From Chiloscyllium plagiosum (lineage: Eukaryota), in contig NC_057718.1 of NCBI RefSeq assembly GCF_004010195.1, positions 53,429,413 through 53,493,412 of the forward strand: a DNA stretch of 64,000 nucleotides, read 5' to 3'. Below, one piece after another: positions 50,352 to 60,800 of the stretch. The notes beneath the pieces are model-generated. The model ran no database searches and was not told where the DNA came from. It saw nothing but the letters and a program-made list of their open reading frames with translations. The position numbers and the translations under genes were made by a program. The stretch's first letter is position 1, and each line of letters opens with the position of its first letter.

Positions 50352-50566
50352 AGAGACAAAAAAAACTGCAGATGCTGGAATCTACAGTAGACAGGCAGGA
50401 GGCTGGAAGAACACAGCAAGCCAGGCAGCGTCAGGAGTTGGAGAAGTTGATGTTTTGATGTAACCCTTCTTCAGGGCTAAAAAGGGGTAGACCCAAAACA
50501 TTTACATCTATACCTCCTGATGCTGCCTGGCTTGCTGTGTTCTTCCAGCTTCCCGCCTGTCTACAT
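50352..50566. mobile_element. Fold-back PLE-terminus element of a third subfamily, decayed
   Basis: GTAGACAGGC...GAAGAACACAGCAAGCCAGGCAGC is inverted against GCTGCCTGGCTTGCTGTGTTCTTC...GCCTGTCTAC. GGACTAACT occurs on both flanks, and there is a minus-strand CTGAAGAAGGG remnant. Confidence 0.7.
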
Positions 50567-51077
50567 TGGACTAACTCTCAACATGTTAGTCTTTGAGATA
50601 GGGGGCTGCAGGCTCTGGGCAGGGGTACAGTATAATTGTGAAGGGAAGGCAGGACCTGCAAGGGAGGGAGACATTTAAACACTGTGGGAAGGGGGTAATG
50701 CAGGAGGGGAGTTGTCAGCTGTCAGGAGCACCTTGGCTTCAAGGGGGAAGGAATGGACCACACAGGGTATGGACACCTCAAATGCCAGATGCTGAATGGG
50801 AAACATGGGTAGGCCTAGACTCTTATAGATTAGTTGGGTAGAGACTTGGGAAAGTGGAAACCTTGTAGGGTTGACAGGATAGGCTACTAGAAGAGAACTC
50901 AGATATCTGTGGGTTCACTGGTATATTCAGGCTGAGGCTGAAAGCCACTGACAGAGGAGTGCTCACTGTCATCATCTATGGCTGCATCTACAGTGAGTGG
51001 GTAAGTGACTCATGAGAGAATAGACTTCAGCACATGCTGACCATAGGATTTTTAAAGGATAAGAACATTGCTCACAG

Positions 51078-51354
51078 ACCCATGCAATGTGCAGCACACA
51101 GACACATGTGCTGCCTACTCCCGGAACATCAGACAGCATTGATCCTCTCTGTATGTGGCACCTCCCTGGCAGAGTGACTGAGGATACAGTTGTCATTATC
51201 GACCAATACTATGGGTACCCATGCAATGTGCAGCACACAGACACATGTGCTGCCTACTCCCGGAACATCAGACAGCATTGATCCTCTCTGTATGTGGCAC
51301 TCCCTGGCAGAGTGACTGAGGATACAGTTGTCATTATTGACCAATACTATGGGT
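51078..51354. repeat. Tandem duplication of a 139-bp unit
   Basis: Copies at 51078-51216 and 51217-51354 differ by one indel and one C/T. Confidence 0.97.
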
Positions 51355-53048
51355 ACACAATGTTCCCCTGCTTCCAGATGGTGCAATAAGCTCCCAGCTC
51401 AGACCTCCCTCCAATGAACATCATCTATGGCCATGAAGTGCTGCCCAGTTACTCCTAGGATTCATTTACGGTCTAAACAGAGATTCACAATCTCGTGACA
51501 ATTTTAACACCAGCAACATTTATGCAGAAACCAATAGTCAGGTACAAGTTTTTTCCAACAGTATCATCAAAATGGCTTCAATAGGTTTTCTTCTTTCTTT
51601 CCCTCCCACTATGTCTTCATGTACTCCCTGGTTCCACAGCTGAAGGGAACCGGCTCGGCAGAGGAGCTCATTGACCCTGCAGGTTTGTTGGGGAGAGCCC
51701 AGGAGTGTACGTATCTGGATGGGCTGAACATGTTGAGGATCTTCTGGCTAGAGGTAAATTGACCCTCTTCAAATTGAACAACTAAGGGTCAGAGGGGGTC
51801 AGGCAGGGTGGAGGTGGAGGACCTGACCACCTCTGCAGCATCCTGAGGGGAAAGTGTGGATGGCCCTGTGTGAGATTTCATGTCTGACTGGAGGCTCCTG
51901 GCACTGCCCTGTCTCCTTGGGAGGAGGGGTCAGCTGTACTGGTGTCAAGCTTTGTTCCCATCATGTATTTGGTCATGAGGACCAATGGAGAGGGTGACGG
52001 GGTACAGTATGTGTGCCCCTCTCCAGCAGCCCTGAGGGCACGGAGTCTGGCACTTCGTGGCAGCTGCCAACCTCTCTATGGTGTCTGCCAGGTATTTACA
52101 GGATTTGCTGTACTGCTGCAGCCTGTGACTAATGAGGACCATTGCCTCCCACATATAAGGTTGTTGTATCTGGGCTGCTGATCTGTACAGAAGGCAGCCT
52201 TGTCAATGCTTCCTCTGATGCCTCCAAACTGCCATACTCAGAGGTCCAGGTTGATGGTATTGGAGCGGGGTGCTCCTCAACAGCGTTCAAGGCCAGACTA
52301 GAAGTGTGACATAAACCCAAGGTCCCAGTTGATTTTTAAAGAAGCGTATGGCGTTTATCTTTTTTTAATCGAGGGATCAGGGATTATGCATGATGAGTAA
52401 AGAATCATAATTGTTTTACTGTACAGGTGGTGGCCATTGTGTCTGCACCAGCTACCCACTGAGCATTGTGACTTAGTGCCATTCTTCTGCCTTTTAGCTG
52501 TACTCTGGCGCATTGTTTCTATTCAACTACCCATCTAGTACCCTTCAACTCCTATAGACCCATACTCTCACGCAAACCCTCTCTTATAAGCTCACACATA
52601 CACTCCCATACTCCTACCCTCTCACAGACTTATACCCCTTTACACTCACACTTAATTCTTTTTTGCTCAAAAACTGCATGAATCCATGTAAGATTCTGTA
52701 AATCCATTTTTTAGATTAGAATCAGCCTGACCATTGTGGCACAAACAGTCTCACACACAGAACACCTCACATCTTCAATGCATTATCTGGGCCGACATGA
52801 CACCAATTCCTGTTCCTTATAATAATCTCTTGTCCTTCTTTCCCAATATTTTGTGCAATAAAGTTTAGGTATTTTGTTTTCTAATGATAGAATAGAGTTG
52901 AAGGCTCATGAATTATAAATTGGTCACAAAATATACTTGCTTAATATTTGTTAAGGCAATTGTGACAAAATATGTAGCTGCTGATTATTCAGGTTTATTG
53001 TAAGATTTAAATTGTTGTATGAGTTAAAAGGGAATGTACATCAATTGA

Positions 53049-53790
53049 AAGCAAATCTTAGCACGACTTATACACTTAATGGTAAGGTCCTTGGGAGTGT
53101 TGCTGAACAAAGAGACCTTGGATTGCATGTTCATAGCTCCTTGAAAGGAGAGTCGCAGGTAGATAGAATAGCAAAGAAGACATTTGGTATACTTTCCTTT
53201 ATTGAATATAGGAGTTGGGAGGTCATATTGTGGCCATACAGGACACAAGCCAATTTTGGAATATTGCGTGCAATTTGCCTCCTTCCTTTTGGAATGATGT
53301 TGTGAAACTTGAAAGTGTTCAGAAAAGATTTACAAGGATGTTGCTAGGGTTGGATGATTTGAGCTATAGGGAGAGGTTGAATAGGCTGGGGCTGTTTTTC
53401 CTGGAGTGTCGGAGGCTGAGAGATGACCTTACAGAGGTTTATAAAATCATGAGGGGCATGGATAGGATAAATAGACAAAGTCTTTTCTGTCTGGCAGGGA
53501 GTCCAGAACTAGAGGGCATAGGTTTAGGGTGAGAGGGGAAAGATATAAGAGGGACCTAAAGAGCAACTTTTTCATGCAGAGAGTGGTGTGTGTATGGACT
53601 GATCTGCCAGAGGAAGTGGTGGAGGCTGGAACAATTGCAGCATTTAAAAGACATTTGGATGGGTAAATGAATAGAAAAGGTTTAGAGGGATATGGACCAA
53701 GTGCTGGCAAATGGGACTAGATTAATTTAGGATATCTGGTCGGCATGGTTGAGTTGGACTGAAGGCTCTGTTTCCATACTGTACATCTCC
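53049..53790 (+). mobile_element. CR1/HER1-like LINE 3' fragment
   Basis: YTLNGKVLGSVAEQRDLG and KLESVQKRFTRML, ending ACGACTCTATAAAAA. Confidence 0.92.
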
Positions 53791-55093
53791 ACGACTCTAT
53801 AAAAACGCAAGTCCAAAGAGAGAAAGCATCACCGCCAATGGTTAGAAATGGTGTGCAATGATTGAGAGTGACAACACAGTTAATGATAGAATAAAGAATG
53901 GTCCTGTGGTGGGAATGAACTCAGGCTTCTCCTGAGGACCAGAATTCCTATCTTGTAGAGGTGAGTAGACAGATGTTGGGATCTCTTTCATCCATACGGA
54001 TTCTCTCTGCCCTGTTGTAGGCGGTGTTCTGCTATAATGAGCAAAAGATGGGGCTTGAGTGAGTTTACAGTGGGTGGCACAATTGTTAGTGCTAGCACAT
54101 GTTGGGGAAAGGTACTGAGATGCATTGAAAGACTGAGGAAGCTGCAGTGTTAATGACACACATTCAGTGGTGAGCATGGCAATGCATGAGCCTTGATGAG
54201 AGATGGATGCTGTAGCAGAGATGGTGTCCGCATGTAGTAGCACAGAGAAGAGTGTGGCTCTTATATCAACAGTGATTTCTTGACCTTCTTTCTGCATCGC
54301 TGGCCATTCCTCTGCATAGTATATCTTGGTGTACTCATTGTTCTGTACACAATTTCAATAACTTTGTAAACAAAGCAACTTAAGTAGAAGGGTCCAAAGA
54401 AAAATTTAATTAACCAAACATGCCGCATGATGCTAGAGGGAATTCAGTCCCATTGCGGTGATGAATTGTCATAATAGGAAAAGGTGACACATTTTAGAAT
54501 TGCAATTGTTTTTAATTGACCTCTTAGTCTTTCTGAAATTTTCAGTACATTTATTTTGGAATACAAGATACATTTAATAACTTGCATTTGAATCAGGAGT
54601 AGCACATGAATGAAGGTTGCCTGATAGTAGAAGCTGAATCTTACATATTTTTGGTTAAATTGAGTTACGTTGACTTTTGTTTTGGTGGGGGGGGGGGGGG
54701 GGGGAGTCCCATCATGAGGCCCAGAGAGATTATTCGTCACTAGTTACTAAATGTGTCTTATTAACTACCTACCATTTCCCTATGGTGTACTTTCTGTCCA
54801 CATTGATCTCCATTTTATAACATTTTAGACCAATGCCAGAGCTTCATGGTAGAATCAAAAGGAAAGTTTGTGGAAACATCAACATCAATGCTGGGTGCTT
54901 TCTCTCCATTTTGCATGTTTTTGCTGAGCATCATGGCCACACAGAGGCTAGTGACCAGTTAAGGGATGCTCTTGCTTGTTAAATGCCTTATTAATAACCC
55001 AGCTCACCTTAACATTTCAGCTTAATGTTAATATTCAGCTTCCTATCAGACCAAATGCAGCAAGTAAACCAGACATCAAGAATTCTCAATGTT

Positions 55094-55310
55094 CATAGAA
55101 CCATAGAATCCCTGCAGTGTGAAGCAGGCTATTCAGACCATCAAGTCCATACCGTCACTTCATAGAGCATCCCACCCAGTCCAACTCCCCTACCCTACCC
55201 TATCCCTGTAGCCATGCATTTTCCATGCTAATTCACCTAGACTTGGTCACTGTTGGCTACTTAACACAGCCAGTCGACATAACCTGCACAACTTTTGAGT
55301 GTCAGAGGAA
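55094..55310 (-). mobile_element. HE1-type SINE 3' half
   Basis: CATAGAATCCCTGCAGTGTG... matches the start of the minus-strand copy at 28613. Confidence 0.7.
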
Positions 55311-55920
55311 TTGTTACGATCCCAGCTGATGTTGTCACTGGACCAGTCAGATCCCCAAGCTGGAACCTGTTGGATCATTCTTTACATAGTTTGATTTTAA
55401 TGAAGTGGCCTCTGACTGAAATCTAGGTTGCAGGATAAGTTTTGGCCAAATGATCAAGGACAATGCTCCTATCACAACCGTGAATGCTCACTACTAGTAA
55501 TCCCTTTGTTTGCCTCCCCTTTTATTTTGTCTAACTATTCACTCATACCTTTCCCATAGCTCCCATCAGCAGTATAAAGGGCACCTGATATTTGCTGTTC
55601 CTTGTTCTGACGATCAAAGGACTTGAAATGTTTTCTCTCCACAGATGCTGTCAGACCTGCTGAGCCTCTTTAGCAATTTGTTTTTGATTAATTCAGTTCT
55701 CCAGTTCTGTTTAATTTTGTGTGTGGATAGCTTGGCTTGATTTATTTTATTTTTCCTTTTGTAACAAACTATTGTATTACTGTTAAAACCAGATCTATAG
55801 CCTGGCACGCTTGTGTTTCAGTGAAAGATCACCACATTAAATTAAAAATGAGCTATTTCTTCAGATTTCATTCTGGGATCTGACTTGCCTCATAGTAACA
55901 TCAGCTGGGGATCATCACAA
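55311..55920. mobile_element. Element with ~60-bp imperfect terminal inverted repeats (TTGT...ACAA)
   Basis: Left TTGTTACGATCCCAGCTGATGTT...AGTCAGATCCC versus right GGGATCTGACT...AACATCAGCTGGGGATCATCACAA. Flanks AGAGGAA / AGAGGAG. Confidence 0.65.
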
Positions 55921-56092
55921 AGAGGAGTTGTGCTCAATGTAGTATTCTTAAAGATCAAATACCACTGAAGGCGTGCACGTATTCTTCCAATTTCCTGCTG
56001 AAATTCCAGTAGAAGGTCATAAAGAAGCAACGGTATCAATGTTGAAACTTTATTGCTGGAACAGCACAGCAGGTCAGGCAGCATCCAGGGAA

Positions 56093-56140
56093 CAGGAGAT
56101 TCGACGTTTCGGGCACAGGCCCTTCTTCAGGGCTTTCCTG
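56093..56140 (-). ncRNA. Minimal type I hammerhead ribozyme motif
   Basis: Minus strand CTGAAGA-A-GGGC-CTGT-GCCC-GAAA-CG-TC-GAATCTCCTG. Proximal helix I is weak. Confidence 0.55.
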
Positions 56141-56175
56141 AAGAAGGGCCTGTGCCCGAAACGTCAAATCTCCTG
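56128..56175 (+). ncRNA. Minimal type I hammerhead ribozyme motif
   Basis: CUGAAGA at 56138-56144, GGGC/GCCC helix II, GAAA at 56158-56161, CGUC at 56162-56165. The first helix I pair is lost by a G to A change. Confidence 0.6.
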
Positions 56176-58604
56176 TTCCCTGGATGCTGCCTGACCTGCT
56201 GTGCTGTTCCAGCAATAAAGTTTCAACATTGATCTCCAGCATCTGCAGACCTCACTTTCTCCCCAACGGTATCAATGCACTGGTCTCAATCGTGACAAAT
56301 GTAAGGCCCAACAGCATCAAACATCCAGGGAGCCAATTCACAGTGGAACCCAGAATTGGAGGCCAAGTTGATGGTCCTGCTGTGACTTGCTAGCAGGTCC
56401 AATTGACCTAATGGCCCTGCACTCTACTTTCATTTTAATTCATGCATATTTGTTTAGGGCTGCTCCTGGCTGTGGCAAAGTCTGGTCCAGGAATGCAGTC
56501 CTTTAAATCAGTCTTGAATGTCAAAAACTCTTGCTTGCACATACCAGAGTGTGGTCAACTCCCCTCCACCATCTGGCTTCCACAGTACCATGCCCTCTAA
56601 TGCTCCCCCCACCACTACACCCTGAGCTCTGCTCACACTGCCCTGCTACTCATCCATTTCCACATCCCTCTCCACCACCAACACCCTTCCCCAACCCCGC
56701 TGTCCAGCTACTACGTCACTGCTCACTTGGCCTCCCCATGTTCCCAGGCTGAGGCTAGAAAATATTCTCCTTCCCTGCATCCTGAATCCTGAGTCTGGCC
56801 AATGTCAGAGAACAGCCTGGAGTGTGAGTTTGGCAAGGAGGATGGTGAATAACAATGAATGTTCAGCAGTGGGAGGTACAGAGCGGTGGTTAGAAAGGCA
56901 GCTTTGAGAGCACTTCAAGATATTTTTAATCAAACTGCTCAGACATATAACTCATTTCTGGAGCAGATGGGACTTGAACTCAGGTCTCCTCGCTCAGAGG
57001 TAAGGATATTGCCATGGCACCATAAAAGTCCTCACAAAGAAAGCACTGCAGTTTAGAAATATAGATTAATTAATAAAACTAATCAATCTGTTCACTCCCT
57101 CGCTGTCACACTCCCTCCGTCACACATTCCTCACTCACTGTTATGCCTGTTTTACTGCACACCTCTGGACCAGGTGAGACTTGAACCTAGACTTCTTAAT
57201 CAGAGGTAGGGATACTACCACTGCACCACAAAGTCCCAGAAAGCATTGCAAAGCTCTTAAGTGTTCACAAGTATTTGTAATCACTGTTAAGCTTTAAATA
57301 AAAACATCTGAGACCAATTGAAGCCATATTACAGCCAAGGAGAGAAGTTACAGTTCAAGAAACTCAAAGGATGAATGGATATTTATAACCATGGTTGCTT
57401 CCCCTTCTATTGTTGACAGGACGATCTGCATAATATTATGTTACAAATACGAGGATTACAAGATGGCTGTGCTTACAGTTTAAGACAAAAATTTTAAAGA
57501 TTATATGAGGCATTTATCTAACTAATGAAGTAGGTATTGTAACTGTTAAAAAGGTTAAAAGGAGGTAAGAATATATGTTGGAAAGACGATGTTGATTATT
57601 TACATTTACAGACAATGGCAGCCCTCATCTTGAAAGACAGTTTTAAGGTTAAAAGCAATAAGGGTGGAAATGCAAAACAATGGAAGTACTCTCTAAGGAG
57701 CTAAGAATCACTTTAAACTGGATACATGGAAAAGTTACAAACTAGTTAAAGGCCAGTATGAAGTATAACTGATAAATCCATTTCACAGATGAGTTAAAAA
57801 TAAAAGGAAAAGCTCAGTTCCGCAGTTTAAAATATAGGTTACCTACAACAAATTTGTTTTGTGAACAGTGCTTTTGACCCGTTTGTTACAGCAAGAGTCT
57901 TAAAACATGAATTGTTGTGTCATTCTCTCAGCAATCAACTGGAAGTTTCATTCTCTTCTCATTTATTTTGACAAAAGTTGTGGCAGGCGATTGTGGGAGA
58001 ACATCCTCAGCAGTCCGCGTAAGCGATTTTAAAAAATCTTCTGCTATGCAGAAGTGGAGGAGGAGGAACTAGAAAAAGAAAAAAGAAATGAAGTCTTATT
58101 CTATTTTAAACAAAGTTAATTGAGTTTTTGTCATGGCAATGTTGAGTGCAGAACTTGTTTCTGTGAGTCAGCCACATGGGCTTCTCCAACGAAAAAAAAT
58201 TATTTCAATGTTCTACTCTTTTCTTCTATTTTATTAGGCTTGGTTTGCAGCACCAATCTATTTGCACGACAACATATTTTAGCTTAAATGCCCCCCTCCA
58301 CTTGTCATTATGCATCTTAGTCACAATACACTGTGAAGGAAGAAGTACCGTTGAATTAACATCATGCTAAAGTAAGGCTACAGTCACTTATTTTAAACTA
58401 ACATGCTTGGTTTTATCTGCCAACTGTACAATGCTTCATTGTGCTATTGCCTGGCAATTGTTCTAAATTCAATTACAGAGAGCTCGGTATCTTAAAAAAG
58501 CCATAAGGGTTAATTTTATACTGTGGAGAGCATCAGGAAGCAATGGATAGAGTAATCACACCACCCACCAAATGACATTTGAGGCCGAAGGTGTATTCAT
58601 GCTA

Positions 58605-59236
58605 CGCTTAGCGCCACAAAGCTCTGACATGTCTTGCAGTGGTTGCCATGACAGGGTTGTACGGTGTTGTGGTCAATGTTGTCCTGAAGCCTGGACAGGT
58701 TGCTGCAAACAAATGATCCGTTTAAAGGCGAGAAGTGGAGGTGTAGGGAAAATCTTGGCGAGGAGCTCATCCTCGTCGACAATGTGTTGCAGGCTGTGGA
58801 GAACATGGCGTAGTTTCTCCACTCCCAGGAAGTACTGGAACAATGAAGGGTATCCTGTCGGTCGTATCCTGTTTCCGTCTCCTGAGGTGGTCATTACGGT
58901 TTCTCAGTGTGCCACATTGGAATGTGCGATTGATGAGTTGATTGATAACTGAAGAGAAGTTCTGGGATTTACAAATTAATGAACTGAAACCTGCAACCCA
59001 TTCTAAAAGATGAAAGACTTAACAACGATCTAGGTTTGTTTGTTCAATATATCAGTTCAGTTATATGACGCTGTAATCTTTTGCTATAAATTCTGTGTCT
59101 TATGATCCTGCTCCACAACTACCTGATGAAGGAGCAACACTCCAAAAGGTAGTACCTCTAAATAAACCTGTTGGACTATAACCTGGTGTTGCGAGATTTT
59201 TAACTTGTCTACCCTAGTCCAACACCTCCACATCAT
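58605..59236. mobile_element. Second-family Penelope-like element: minus-strand ORF fragment (~58605-58950) plus plus-strand terminal repeat (~58955-59236)
   Basis: QYFLGVEKLRHVLHSLQHIVDEDELLAKIFPTPPLLAFK and QPCHGNHCKTCQ resemble the PLE linker. Decayed hammerhead CTGATGA-A-GGAG-CAACA-CTCC-AAAA-GGTA starts at 59123. Confidence 0.75.
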
Positions 59237-59829
59237 AATTATTCACTTTATATAAAAAACTAACACATTTTAGTATTCGAGTGAAGTATGAATTCAATAG
59301 TATCTTAAAATTGTTGTAAAAATTGAAATTAGGACAGCAGTTCAGATTCAGGTTCCTTCTAAATGAGTTGAGGGTTCATGCCGCAACCTCCAATCTAGAC
59401 GGAGAATTCCAGCCACTCATCACCCTTGGAGTGAAAAGACTTTTCCTCATGACCCCTCCAATCCTTCTGGCAATCACCATTAGCCTGTACTCCCCAGTAG
59501 TTGACCTCTGTTGGGAAATCAAGCCTTATCCTTATTCCCAAGTAAGGCTCCATCATTCTTCTCAGTCCTGTTAGATTTGTTGATTTTCCAACAAGTTGAA
59601 GCTCTTTGCAGCCTGTATATGAATGAAAGCATCCATCTAGTTACAAATAATAGATATTTAGCCTTTAACTGGTCTGTTCACCATTTTTGAAATCCCTGGC
59701 CTTAACTATTTGAGCACGGTTAAATCCGGACATTCAGCCTCTCCCTAACACACCCTGGTTTTCATGTCTCAAGTTATGACCCTGTTCTATTACTTCATTG
59801 TTTCCCTGTGACTTATCACATCACCTCTT

Positions 59830-60800
59830 ATATGATCCCTTTGTTTCACACTATTTAATTTAAAGTCCTCTCTAATGACCTAGCTATAAGATTCACAGGA
59901 ATGCTGGTCCTAGCTAACATGCTTCAAATGAAGATCATCTCAACAGTACAGCTCCTACTTTCTCCAATGAACTGAAACTCATTTCTCACACTCCAGTCTC
60001 TGAGCCATGCATTCATGTCTCTAATTTTATGATATCAATTTGCTTATGATTTAGCTAATAATTCAGAGATTGTTACCTTTGAAGTTCAGAATTTTTAATC
60101 TAGCCCCGAGCAACTTACACTCCACATCAGAACCTCTTTGTTAGTCCAATCTTCTTCATTGGTACACACAAGGAACAAGAGAACTGGATTCTTCCCCCCC
60201 ACCTCCCCCTTCCCCTTTCCATTCGTTTTCCTTTCCAGCCTTGTGCAAATGACCTGACCCTGGAACTGGGAAGGAAACGTAGCTTTCTGGATGTATTCCC
60301 TCTTCAGAAAGCTGCGTCTAACCCCCTGACAATGCTATTTCCTACTGCCACTGCATTCATATTAATCTCTTTTCCTCATTTGAATGGCTTCCTGTACAGT
60401 AGTACTCTGGTCAGTTTGCTCATCCACCTTAGCTCCATGCTTTCATATATACACTGGTTGCAAGAAATGTGATCCTGTTCGAAAATTGCAAGTGCTCAGG
60501 CTCCTACACTTCTACTTTTGGCTGTCATTGCTTTCATAGCTAGCACACATGAGTTATAAGCTCTTGTCTATGATCATGGACAAAATTAGAAGAAGACTTT
60601 ATCTTAATAAATGACTGCTTCCTGGAGCTTAGTGTCTAGATAATGTCCTCCTCTCTAATGTGCTACAGCAACTGCAGCTCAGCCTCCAACTCAATAGCAA
60701 TGAGTTAAAGTTCCTCCGGTTACAAACACTTCCCGCAGATGTGTTTGTCTTTTGTTAAACCAATGTCCAGATGTTTCTACATTCTACTGTTGCAACACTA
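59830..60800 (-). mobile_element. Highly degenerate CR1 ORF1 (zinc finger, coiled coil, SGNH esterase)
   Basis: HICGKC and ELEAEL at ~60740-60670; TSKVTISELL and MNAWLRDW at ~60085-59990. Confidence 0.6.

Larger units (their letters stand above)
56042..56263. mobile_element. Young fold-back PLE-terminus mini-element with 14-bp TSD
   Basis: Near-perfect inverted arms. TSD CAACGGTATCAATG at 56028-56041 and 56264-56277, partly overlapping the arm sequence. Confidence 0.9.

Noticed and set aside
53842..54297. 151-aa minus-strand ORF
   Set aside because: No domain recognised. The opposite strand resembles a decayed Harbinger Myb segment (AVAEMVSACS).
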